From the NCBI GenBank assembly GCA_012862495.1, contig BLSG01000320.1, positions 1 through 39,392 of the forward strand: a stretch of DNA of 39,392 bases, read 5' to 3'. The notes under the pieces are model-generated. The model worked only from the letters and a program-made list of their open reading frames with translations. It did not search any database and was not told the origin of the DNA. Below, in pieces: positions 1 through 11,214 of this stretch; positions within the stretch are counted from its first letter, which is position 1, and the number at the start of each line of letters is the position of its first letter. The position numbers and the translations under genes were made by a program. This stretch comes from Thraustochytrium aureum (lineage: Eukaryota).

Positions 1-124
1 GCTGCTTCAGCCCGAGCCACCTGAACATATCCGACTCGAGGTTTGTCGCCGACACGATGTGGGCATGTTTCTGCTGTCCCTCGACTGACTCCTCGCCCTT
101 GCCCTTCTTGGCCCGGCCACTCAT
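1..124 (-). CDS. Possible 5' end of an unknown gene running off the window start
   Basis: ATG at 124 opens MSGRAKKGKGEESVEGQQKHAHIVSATNLESDMFRWLGLKQ, open to base 1. It lies just downstream (on the - strand) of a minisatellite, as other gene starts here do. Confidence 0.35.
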   Translation of the reverse strand, partial: MSGRAKKGKGEESVEGQQKHAHIVSATNLESDMFRWLGLKQ

Positions 125-143
125 CCTGATCGTGCTCTCTGCC

Positions 144-273
144 AGCGTGGCTTGTCGGCGAGCGTGGCTTGTCGGCGAGCGTGGCTTGTCGGCGAGCGTG
201 GCTTGTCGGCGAGCGTGGCTTGTCTGTGCGCGTGACTTGTCGGCGAGCGTGGCTTGTCGTCGAGCGTGGCTTG
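144..273. repeat. 17-bp minisatellite (AGCGTGGCTTGTCGGCG) x ~7.5
   Basis: Four perfect copies at 144-211, followed by variant copies to 273. Confidence 0.95.
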
Positions 274-1000
274 CGCTGCCAGAGCCACCCCAGCTCGTGC
301 GGCGTCGCGCCTCCTGTTGCCGCGTTGCGAGACTGGCGCCTGATGGTCGATGATGTCGGTCTGCGTCCAAGTTCAAGTTCACGTTGGTCGCGTGTTTGTG
401 CAAATCAAGCCAAACTGCCCCGTTTCCTGTACCACTCCACCGGCCCCACGAGTGACCCAAACAACTTGGCGGGACTGGGTCTACAAAAACAGAACCCGCG
501 CCCGTGCTGGCCGCAACGCGCCAGGGTGCACACCAGCACAACCTGGCGGGGGTCGTTCCGCGTGATCAAAGGCACCCTCGGTGACGTGGGCGCGCGGTCG
601 ACCGCGGCTGGACACCGACGCAGTTACGCTGCACAAGTTGAACGCGGTTGAACACACACACGCCCTCCCTCGGACGCAGCACCCAGTCAGTGAGGAGTCT
701 GTGAGGGCGGGTACACCGTCATGAGTGGTGAGCGCGCGGAGTGCAGCTGGCTGGCTCTCGCCCAGGAGAGCGGAGCGAAGAAGATCGTGCTGGACTGGCC
801 AAGAGCTCTCGAGCGTCCTTTCTTCCCGCCGCTTGTGCACTGACGGCGAGGTCGCTCTCCATCATGACCGATCGATGTGCATGCGGCCAGCAGCAGACAG
901 ACCCCGAACGCCACGAGGCTCTGCCGGTCGAGCGCTCGAAGCACGCTCTCGCAGCAGCACAAGGACCAGCAGGAAGCGAGCGCGAGTACGGCTCGTTGAG

Positions 1001-4000
1001 ATGGCGCGACGTGGCTCGAAACGCTCGAGCGGCTCGCGCGCCCCGAGACGGTCATGGGTCACCGTGGCGGCCACTGAGGTCGCGGACGAGGTGGACCAGG
1101 CCACGTCCAAGGTGAGCGTCAAGGTGGCCAGCGAGAGAGCGATGAGCTTGGAGGAGTTTAACGAATTGGCCAGTGTCTTGGCCAGCAACAAGGAGGAATT
1201 CGGAGGCCTCGACCTCGCCGGCCACCAGCTTGGCGAGGAGGAAAGGAAGGTTCTGTTCAAGGCCCTGCGGAGCAACACGACGCTCACGGAGCTGTCTCTC
1301 GAGAGCACCGGGCTCGGCGCGAAAGGCGTTGATGAGCTGTGCGCGGTCTTGGCCGAGGATAACGCGACCCTCAAAGTTCTCAACTTGTACAACAACGGGA
1401 TCGGCGACGACGCCGCCGAGGCGTTCAAGGACATGCTCAAAAAGAACAACACGCTGGTCAAGCTGGACCTGCGCAACAACATTCTGGGCCCAAAGACAGG
1501 AAGGTTCATCGCAGAAGCCCTGGAAAACAGACCGAGGGGCTCGGCCGAGCTCGNNNNNNNNNNNNNNNNNNNNNNNNNNNNNNNNNNNNNNNNNNNNNNN
1601 NNNNNNNNNNNNNNNNNNNNNNNNNNNNNNNNNNNNNNNNNNNNNNNNNNNNNNNNNNNNNNNNNNNNNNNNNNNNNNNNNNNNNNNNNNNNNNNNNNNN
1701 NNNNNNNNNNNNNNNNNNNNNNNNNNNNNNNNNNNNNNNNNNNNNNNNNNNNNNNNNNNNNNNNNNNNNNNNNNNNNNNNNNNNNNNNNNNNNNNNNNNN
1801 NNNNNNNNNNNNNNNNNNNNNNNNNNNNNNNNNNNNNNNNNNNNNNNNNNNNNNNNNNNNNNNNNNNNNNNNNNNNNNNNNNNNNNNNNNNNNNNNNNNN
1901 NNNNNNNNNNNNNNAACAGCATCGGTGACGAGGGCGCCACGGCGTTGGCTCGCGTGCTCTCCAGCAACACGAGGTTCCGGAGCCTCAACCTCTTCTTCAA
2001 CAGCATCACACACTCTGGCGGCTGCGCGGTGGCCTCCGCCCTGAGCAAAAACCTGTGCTGGAGGAGCTGGACCTGGGCCGCAACACACTTGGCAAGGCGG
2101 CCGGCATCCAGCTGGCCAAGTCGCTGGACAAGAACAGCGCCAACAAGCTGCGCAAGCTCAACCTCTTTGGGAGCGAGATTGGCGACGAGGGCGCCAAGCC
2201 GATCATGCAGGCCGTGCTGGATGGCAAGCTCCGTCGCCTGGTCGAGCTGAACCTCGGTCGCAACAACCTGACCCAGAGCGTGTGCGACCTGGCCGCCAAA
2301 CTGGTCTGCGAGAGCGAGCTGAAAGTGCTCAACATCGGACGCAACAAGCTCAACCGCGGGCTTGCGAAAATCGCCGACGCGCTGAGCAAGCCTGGCATGT
2401 GCCTCGAAAAGCTCGTCCTCGTGGCCAACGCGGGTCAGACGAAGGACGACGAAGAGCGAAACGGAAAGTTCTCGCCAATCGAAAAGGCCGAGATCGGAAC
2501 CAAGTTCATGGACGCCGTTTCGAGCTACTCGACGCTTGTCGAGCTCGATGTGAGCAACAACCAGTTCGGCGGCGAGTGCGAGAAGCTGATCCTGAAGCTC
2601 CTCAGCATCAAGAGCGAAGCTAAGGACCTCGACGCCGTCTTCTCGGCCAAAGGGTTCGACGTCGTCTTCTCGGCCGTGTTCGATGCCGAAAGGTGCAAGG
2701 CCGGCTCGCCCGAAAACCCGAACAAGAGCAGCGCGGAGCGGCCGTCTGGCATCACCAAGCTGATGTGGTGCGATGGCGCCTTTCGCATGGCCAAGCAGAA
2801 CATGTTCCTCTTCGTCAAGTGCTTGAACAAAGTCCACAACAAGCTGGTTGACGACGCAATTACGACCGCGAAGGAGACGCTGATGGAGGAGGGCGAAGAC
2901 CCCGAGGACGACGCCGCTGTGGGCGAATATGTCGAGCACTGCGTCGGCGAACTCTGGAGCGACGAAGAGACCTGGTTGCAGCGCGACCCGGCGAGCAAGC
3001 TGCCTATGCTGCACCTCTTGTTTCAGCAGAAGGCGGCCGGCAAAGAGCTCAAGACGTTTCTAGACGATGGGCACACCGTGAGCGTCGAAGTGATGCTCAA
3101 GCTGCTCAACGCACAGGACGACAACAAGCGGACGGCGCGGTCCGCGGCGCTTCGGCACGAAGACGAAGGGATGCAGCTCTGGGCCGCCTCGTACGGAACC
3201 TACTTATCCAGGTACCAGATCGACGATGGCCCCCCCGTCCACGTCTCGCAATCCTGCGTCGTCTGCTTCGCCACAGATGTGGTAGCCGCCTCGGATTCCA
3301 CGTCGGCCGACGAGGCCCGCGTCGCCCTGAAGATCATGCGCGGCAAGAGCGACTTTGAACGGGAGCTCAAATCGCGCGGGATCCGCATCAACGCCGAGGA
3401 CCAGAACAAGATTGTGGAGACGTTTCAGCAGACGGAGTTTGAGCACACTCTTCGCCTGCGCGGGGTGCACCAGGCGGAGAAGTGCCTGATCATGAAGCGC
3501 GCCGACAGGTCTCTTTTCGAGACGATGCACGCCGAGCGCATCGCAGGGCACGATATCCCGCGCGTGCGGGATATCGTGCTGTTCCTTAGCAAGGCGCTCC
3601 TCGAGCTCAAGAAAAAGGGCCTCGTGCACGGCGACATCAAGCCTCGGAACATCCTGCGCGACAGCAAAGAGTCCGCCAGCGACTACTTTGACTGGGGGAA
3701 AGCCAGCAACACCAGCGGTGGGAAGAAGAATACCTCCAAGAGGTTCATGCGCTGGGCAGAGCCTACAGACGGCGCGGCTGACGGCGAGAGTGTTGACGGA
3801 ACCGAGACCTGGAAGTTGATCGACTTGGATGCGACCGTCCCGGTTGGCGAGCTCCTCAGCGAAAAGTGCAGCAGCGGCTACGTCCCTCCCGAGTTGGCCA
3901 AGCAACTCTACGCGGCCGAGACTAGCGATAGGAGCCGCCCCAAAGCAGATCCTAGCTTTGACGTCTGGAGCTTTGGCGTTGTCCTCTACGAACTCCTGTC

Positions 4001-5858
4001 AGGGACGCCCCTGTTCCTCATGGACAAGACGAACGACAACATCGTATCTCCCTATGACAAGGCTGAGCTCGTCAACTGGCTCGTCATCGACCAAGACCGG
4101 CTCAGCCGTATCCAAACGGACAGCGAGGGCTCTGGCAAGCTGCTGCGCGATGCCAAAAACCTGGTCCAGCGGTGCTTGGTCGGCGACCCGTTGAATCGAA
4201 TCTCGATCGACGATGTGTGCAGTCATCCGTTCATAACGTCCGCTGACGACGCCCGCCGCGAAGCTCGCCAGGCGCGCATGGCAAACATGAAGGGTCAGGT
4301 CTCCGTGCTCTCGCTTCGCGGCCGGCGCAGCCGCGGGTCCTCGATCATGATGGCCGCTCTGGAGGAGCCCGGCGATACGACAGGCAAAGTCGCCGCCTCA
4401 ACGCGAGACGCGCAGCGCGCGAGCTCGGCCGCGGCTGGGCCCAAGCGGACGAGTGCGATGTCCCGCCTTGCCAAAGCTGGTGCAAAGCTGGCTTCCGGTC
4501 TGCGCGGCAAGTCCGCGTCGAAAAAGCAAGTGCCCGAGCCCCCTTCTCAGAAGAAGAGCAGAAAGTCCAGCTCCCGGGGCCAAGCAGAGTCGGTGAGCAC
4601 AAGCCAACTCGCGCTTGTTGAGCGCGACCTGGGCGCCGGCAACCCGTACGAGGCCGTCGAGCTGGAGCAGCATTTCTTCTTCAGCCACGCGCAGAAGGAG
4701 GCCTCGGCAATTGTCAAGGACCTGTTTTTGAACTGCCGCGAGAACAGGTGCTCTTCCTGGCTCGACGTGCTCGCCCCGGACCTCACAGCGTCCGGGATGA
4801 AGCGGGGTATCGAAAAGTCCAAGGTTTTCGTTTTCGTGCTGACCAGGACGGTTCTCTTCCGTCCATTCTGCATCAAGGAGCTCTTCTGGGCCGTCGAGGC
4901 GAACAAGGAGGTGATCTGTGTCTACGAGACGGATGAGCGCTTCTTCAAGTACTTTGGCGCTGCGTTGCCTTGGCTCTCAGAGAGCGAGGTCGAAGCCGAA
5001 TTGGCAAGCAGGATCTCGGACAAGACCGCGCTCGAGAAAACGCTCGACGATCTCAAATTCAACGAGAACAGAGAGGCCCTGGTCAAGGGCATCGGCGGCG
5101 AGGCGGAGCTTGCCAAGTACCTCGGCCCAATCTCCAAGAAATTCGCCAGCTTCCCGATGCTGCCCTACCGGCGTCGGGCTTTCGAGTCCAAGGCGATGGT
5201 GGACGAGATCTTGCGTCTCGCCGACATTGAGTCTCCCTCGGCGCTCCGCGAGCGGAGCTCCAACCAAGCCTCCAGCACGGACGTTGACCGGCACAAGGGC
5301 GGCCTGAAGAAGCGCGTCGCCCACAGGGAGGCGCTCAGCGTTTTGATCGTTTGCGCCTCGACCAAGCAGGGCAGCACCATTGCGCGCCAGCTCGAAGAGT
5401 CGATGCGACTCTACGCGACGATCCACTACAACGAAGTCGACTTCATCTGCAGCCCCGTCGTGGACGAGGGCGGCGCCAAGCTGGCCGAGCTCTCCACGAG
5501 CGACTGCAACAACACCGTTGTGCTTTTCTTGGTCACCAACGGCGTCTTCGACAATTCGCCGAACATGGCCAAGGGCCTGCGGAAGTGGTGGATCACGAAT
5601 CGGGGGCGTGTTGCCTGCGTGTATGAGGAGTGGATGTTTGGCGGAAAGGAGGAGCTGGCGCTCAAGAAGGAGTACGAGACGCTGTACACCAAGCTCTTCA
5701 TGGACAGCGAGCTGCTTCCGATGCGCCGCAGCCGCGACCCGTTCGCGAAGGGCGATCTAATTCATTTGCACGAGCACGTTGCTCTGATCCGTGAGCTGCA
5801 GAAGCGGCTCGTCGCCGAGGGGGGGTTTCGCCTCCCGCCTGCAAACTCCGTGGGTTGA
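1001..5858 (+). CDS. LRR (RNI-like) / degenerate ankyrin / Ser/Thr-type protein kinase / TIR / TIR-like multidomain protein
   Basis: ATG 1001 (MARRGSKR). LRRs (LKVLNLYNNGIGD, LVKLDLRNN, LEELDLGRN) continue across gap 1554-1914 and a 1-nt frameshift near 2053. Kinase motifs ALK, HGDIKPRN, KLIDLD, GYVPPE, DVWSFGVVLYE at ~3200-4230. TIR motif FFFSHA...WLD...FVFVLT...FCIKEL at ~4670-5220. Second TIR-like copy at ~5330-5810. Stop TGA 5856-5858. Confidence 0.85.
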
Positions 5859-6316
5859 AAGACGGGCCGGTCGACCCGTCTCCCAAAACAGCAAAACATG
5901 AAAAAAAACGCGTAGTTGACATCGTCTGACGTTGGCCTGCTACTTGGTTGATCGCGCGGTGTGGTTGGCAGCGATCCAGCACCGCCATCTGAGTGCGACT
6001 TTGGAAGAAAGGACTCATGGAGCAAGGCAAGCCAAAGGAGCAAACGGCGCGCTGGCCCGACGAGTTGACATGAAAGAAAAGCCAATCGATGTTTGACGGC
6101 ACCTTTTCCGGGGTCGTACTCTACTCGCACCTGCTCTCTGGCCATGTGCGAAGCGACGCGCAGGCGCCCCAAACTCTCTACCAGCGGCTGCCTTCCTCAG
6201 CAACAGCAGCGGCAGATGGAGCTGGCTTGCTTGCCCGAGTGCTGGCCGGCGCACTTGCACCCGCCGCACCAATATGAACTGAGAGCAGCGCTTGGCCGAC
6301 CGTTGGCGTTTCGTGC

Positions 6317-7299
6317 CTAAAGGTGGCACATCGCCTTGAGGTGGCCGACTTTGCCGCACTTGTCACAGGTCTTGTCTCGCTGGCCACAGTCGCTGGACTT
6401 GTGTTCCGTCGAGCCACATCGCAGGCAGCCTAGCGTCGCGACGACCGCAGGTCAGTCGCCTGCACCCGCACGAGGGCGCCCCCGCTGGTCACTTACGGGT
6501 CGGGTCGGGGCAGTCGCGCTTCTTGTGGCCGCGCTTTAAACAGTTGTCGCAAATGATCTCGCCGAATGCACCCAGGTCCCCAGTGTTGCCGCTGCGGCGC
6601 GCCGGCGCCGAAGGCGGCGCGGCTTGCCGGCCTGAGAGCAGCACGCGTCAGCACGGTGCCACAGGGCTTGATCAGCTCGAGCCCGCTTCGACTTACAGGT
6701 AATTCGCAGGTGGCCAACCTTTCCACAGATGTCGCAGGTCTTGTTTTTGTGCGGGCCTGCAAAAGCAAAGGCGTCAGTTCGCGGAGTCGCGCGGGCGCCG
6801 AATCATGCCACTACAAGAGGCGTCCCAACGCCGACTTACACATGGCCTTGTCGTGGTCAAGCGAGCCGCAACCAAAGCACACCGGCTCCTTGCGGCACTT
6901 GATGCGCAGATGGCCTCGCTCGCCGCAGTTGTCGCACATTTTGTCGCGGTGCGGACAATCCGCCTTGACGTGATTGCCGCCGCAGCCATAGCACCCTCCT
7001 CCAGCCACGGCCATCGCGGCGGCGCCGCCCATGCGAGGCCCGCTGGGGCAGTCGCGCATAACGTGCCCCACGCCTCCACAAGTATGGCAGGTGACCCCAG
7101 CCACGCCCTTCGGCTTTTGCGCCGCCAGCAGCATCGGCGGCTGCGCAAACGGCGCCGCCCGCATCGCTTTCCCCCTGCCCGTTCGCCTCGTCGGGCCCGC
7201 CCCGCTGGCCTTCGCCGCCGCGGGCCTGGGGGCAGCCTTGCGGTTTTCCTCGCGCTTCTTGGCCGCTATCTCGTCCAGGCTCATGTCCAAGCGGTCCAT
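6317..7299 (-). CDS. CNBP/GIS2-like protein with 8 CCHC zinc knuckles and an N-terminal ALYREF-type UAP56-binding motif; exons 7299-6840, 6756-6697, 6631-6497, 6429-6317 (255 aa)
   Basis: Start MDRLDMSLDEI. Three GTAAGT...YAG introns (83, 65, 67 nt) splice into one continuous frame with knuckles such as CDICGKVGHLRITC, CDNCLKRGHKKRDC and CDKCGKVGHLKAMC. TAG at 6319-6317. Confidence 0.9.
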
Positions 7300-7531
7300 C
7301 GTCCCGAAACCAACGGACCCGCTGCTCCGGCCAACGCGACTTGGCCGCCGCAACGCCGATGAAAACCTGCCACGGCGTACGGCTTGCGCAGCACGCACTC
7401 AACAGCTCCGAGTCGTCGCAGCAGCAGCCCACTCGCGCACTGCCCGACCGCCCGCACGCCAGCAGCGCGCGATCCAAGACGAACAACGTGAACGTCCCGC
7501 AGCAGGCCTGTCTACTTGCAGGTACTCACTT

Positions 7532-8378
7532 ACCTCGCCGGCCTCGGGCAACGACCGACCTGCTCGAGGCAGAGTGGCTTGCGTCGCTCGCCGAATCAAT
7601 GACATCGANNNNNNNNNNNNNNNNNNNNNNNNNNNNNNNNNNNNNNNNNNNNNNNNNNNNNNNNNNNNNNNNNNNNNNNNNNNNNNNNNNNNNNNNNNNN
7701 NNNNNNNNNNNNNNNNNNNNNNNNNNNNNNNNNNNNNNNNNNNNNNNNNNNNNNNNNNNNNNNNNNNNNNNNNNNNNNNNNNNNNNNNNNNNNNNNNNNN
7801 NNNNNNNNNNNNNNNNNNNNNNNNNNNNNNNNNNNNNNNNNNNNNNNNNNNNNNNNNNNNNNNNNNNNNNNNNNNNNNNNNNNNNNNNNNNNNNNNNNNN
7901 NNNNNNNNNNNNNNNNNNNNNNNNNNNNNNNNNNNNNNNNNNNNNNNNNNNNNNNNNNNNNNNNNNNNNNNNNNNNNNNNNNNNNNNNNNNNNNNNNNNN
8001 NNNNNNNNNNNNNNNNNNNNNNNNNNNNNNNNNNNNNNNNNNNNNNNNNNNNNNNNNNNNNNNNNNNNNNNNNNNNNNNNNNNNNNNNNNNNNNNNNNNN
8101 NNNNNNNNNNNNNNNNNNNNNNNGGGCTCTGCCGAGCTCACGCTGCGCGAGCTGCTCGGGACGCGCAGCAGTTCGAGCGCCACAAGCTGCGACATGGTCA
8201 TGAACGCACCTCGCCGGCCTCGGGCAACGACCGACCTGCTCGAGGCAGAGTGGCTTGCGTCGCTCGCCGAATCAATGGCATCGAGGCTGATGCGGGCTCT
8301 GCCGAGCTCACGCTGCGCGAGCTGCTCGGGGCGCGCAGCAGTTCGAGCGCCACAAGCTGCGACATGGTCATGAACGCG
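7532..8378. repeat. 170-bp tandem repeat, probably ~5 copies, partly in assembly gap
   Basis: 8124-8207 recurs at 8294-8377 (offset 170). 7532-7608 matches 8208-8284 (offset 676, about 4 x 170). Confidence 0.85.
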
Positions 8379-8655
8379 CAGGCTGCAGCGTCCAAGCAAC
8401 AACGAAATAGATCAATACGCGCCGCCGTCCGTCCCGACCCGCACGTCGATGGCGGAGATGACAGAGGTGCCCAGTTCGTGGTGTCTTGCGCGGGGCGGCC
8501 GCGCGCTTGGCGTTGTGAAATACTAGGTTGTGTTGTTGTGTGAACTACAGGGCTAGAGCTTGCTCTCTCGCTCGAGAGAGTCTAGTAGAGAGAGCGAGTC
8601 GATCTTGCTTTCTTGCTGCTGGTGGTGGAGGCCATGGAGGTCTCGACCGCTTCGC

Positions 8656-11197
8656 TCAGGACTTTAGCGTCACAATGGCGCTTGGCTGGGCACGAAGCCC
8701 CAGGGTGCTCTGGCGGCGGATCGAGCGGCGAATTACCTTTTCGCGGACCACCTCGGCCTCCCTCGGCGTGGCTCGCGGCACCGCAGAAGACTCGATCTGG
8801 TAAAAGTACGAACGCATGTCTGTAACAACGCCGATAAGCTCGGTGCGGTTGAGGGACTCGACCACCTTGGGCGGCACAAAGCCGCCAGGCTCGACGCAGG
8901 TGATGTACGTCACGCGAGTGTGCAAGTCCTGCGCTGACTTGAGGTTCTCGGGGCTATACATAGGCTCGATGAGAAAGCCGCGAATGATAAGGTTGGCGCG
9001 CACGACTCCCGTGACTGGCGGCATGCTCTTGAGCTCGGTCGACTTGGACACAACCACATAAGTGTCACGGTCAACCTCGGACCAGCTGGTGTCGAAAACA
9101 AAGTCGCGCTCATTCAGGCCCTGCGGGTACCTGACGCGCTGATACCGGGTGTGGTGGCGCGGCGAGTGCTCCTGGAGCACCTTGTCCTCCGCGATCGTGC
9201 CCGCCTTGACGTCTTCCGTGTAGGTTCGCACGTAGTCGAGAACGAGCTCGGACGGGGCCGCAATCGTGAACTGCACGCGGAGCACCTGCGCATCGATGAT
9301 CTGGCGCCGCGGCTTGTTGCCGGACTTGCTCTTCTTGGTGAGCTTTGTGAGGCTCAGCGTCCGGCGCCGGCGTGGCTCGCCCACCTTGGGCGCGGTCACG
9401 CCGGCNNNNNNNNNNNNNNNNNNNNNNNNNNNNNNNNNNNNNNNNNNNNNNNNNNNNNNNNNNNNNNNNNNNNNNNNNNNNNNNNNNNNNNNNNNNNNNN
9501 NNNNNNNNNNNNNNNNNNNNNNNNNNNNNNNNNNNNNNNNNNNNNNNNNNNNNNNNNNNNNNNNNNNNNNNNNNNNNNNNNNNNNNNNNNNNNNNNNNNN
9601 NNNNNNNNNNNNNNNNNNNNNNNNNNNNNNNNNNNNNNNNNNNNNNNNNNNNNNNNNNNNNNNNNNNNNNNNNNNNNNNNNNNNNNNNNNNNNNNNNNNN
9701 NNNNNNNNNNNNNNNNNNNNNNNNNNNNNNNNNNNNNNNNNNNNNNNNGTCTTCCACGCTGCGTGCGTGTATCGGTGGTACTCGCCGTTGTCGAACTTGA
9801 CGTGGATGCGCTCTTCGTCGAACTGCTTTACCGTGCCCTCCCCGCGATCGTGGTGCCGAACGCGTGTCCCAACCTCGAGCGCAGCACGAAGCTCCTTGTC
9901 CAGCTTGTCGTTGTCGAAAACCAGCTCCTTGCCCGAGTCGAACCGGACGTGCGCGCGCCCCTGCAGGTCGAACTGCTTGATCACGCCGTGCCCGAGTTGC
10001 CTGTGCTTAACGTGGGTCCCAGTCTGCATTTTCTCCACGCCATAGCGCTTGGCCTCCATCCGCTGGAAGCCAAACTCGCCGAGCTCCGCGGAAGCGAGGC
10101 GGAAAAGCTGCTCGGTCCACAGGCTCTTTGGGTCCTCAAAGTACCGCCGCGGCGACTCGACGCGCGTGAGCACGCGCGAGAGGCCGAGCACGTTGTCGAT
10201 GAGGTCCTGGCTGCGCTTGATTTTCTCTTGCGGCCCTAGCTCGGTGGAGCCGTCAGCTTCGCTGCGGTTGTCGAGTATCATGGCTTCGATGTCGTCGTCT
10301 GAGAGCATGGCGTCCAGGCAGCTCACAAACGTGAGCTGGGTGTACTTTGCGTCAAAGGCAGGCTCGAGCAAATAGCCAGAGATGAGGACTTTGCCACGAC
10401 GACCCGCGCTTGCAGCGCGGGCGACGTGAGCTGCGCTCTGGCCAAGCTGCGCGGGGTGCATGGGCTCGCCTGCGTAGGCGGCAAGCGCGTCTGACTTTGG
10501 GCGCGGTCGCGCCTGCGACTTTGGTCGCTGCACCGACTTGAGCGACCTCGGCCGGGGGTCTCTCTGCGACTTGCGTAGCGAGGAGGGCCGCAGGGACGAG
10601 ATCCGCGAGCTGATCGTCGAGCCCGTTGGCCCCGAGCTGGACAGGGTGGAGGCGCGCAGCGATTCGACCCCGGAGCCCGTTTCCCCGCCGGAGGTGGAGC
10701 GCACCCCCGGCGCTACCCGTTTTGCTCGTGCTTTGAGCGATGATCACGTGGCGGCCGTCTTTGAGCCCAACGCTGTGCTCTTTGACGACAAACTCCCGGG
10801 GCGCAACGGGCGCCGGCATCTGCAGGAGCCACCTGATCGTGGCAGAGTTCGACGACTTCTTCATCTTGAGCACGCGGCACTTGTTGTTGGCGAACAGGGC
10901 TGCGGCCTCGGGCGAGAGGACCTCCTTGTCCACGGTGCTGCGCAGTGAGTTGAATTCATTTTGGTTGCCAAGAAACCAGAGAACGAGGTCGGGCGGGGCG
11001 TGCACCAGCGCGCTTCCGCGCCAGTACCGCAGGCCGTTCACCACCTTGGAGTGAACCTGCGTCCCCCGCGGCCCGTCTTGCTCCCTGGTATGTTCAACCC
11101 ACCCCTCCTCCGCCACGTCGGTAGCCACCTGCACAAACTTGTCCACCAGCTCCTTCTGCGCCGGTGTCATCTCATGCTTGCTTGCCCAGCACCCCAT
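8656..11197 (-). CDS. Tandem START lipid-binding domain protein with N-terminal myristoylation/palmitoylation motif and two Tudor/SH3-like repeats
   Basis: Starts MGCWASK. START1: MPAPVAPREFVV...VIIAQS, completed by RGKVLISGYLLEP...TQLTFVSCLD. Frameshift in G run near 10705. Gap 9406-9748. START2: YPQGLNERDFVF...YVVVSKS...VVRANLIIRGFLIEP...TRVTYITCVEPGGFVP. Confidence 0.8.
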
Positions 11198-11214
11198 GCT
11201 CTCGCTGCCAGCTG

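Noticed and set aside
144..273. CRISPR-like array
   Set aside because: Repeats are head-to-tail with no unique spacers, there are no cas genes, and the context is eukaryotic.
6317..7299. Retrotransposon gag (CCHC knuckles)
   Set aside because: Intron-containing gene with 8 knuckles and no protease, RT, integrase or LTRs.
7532..8378. Centromeric alpha-satellite-like array
   Set aside because: Only the unit length is similar; it is a short GC-rich array in a gene-dense region.
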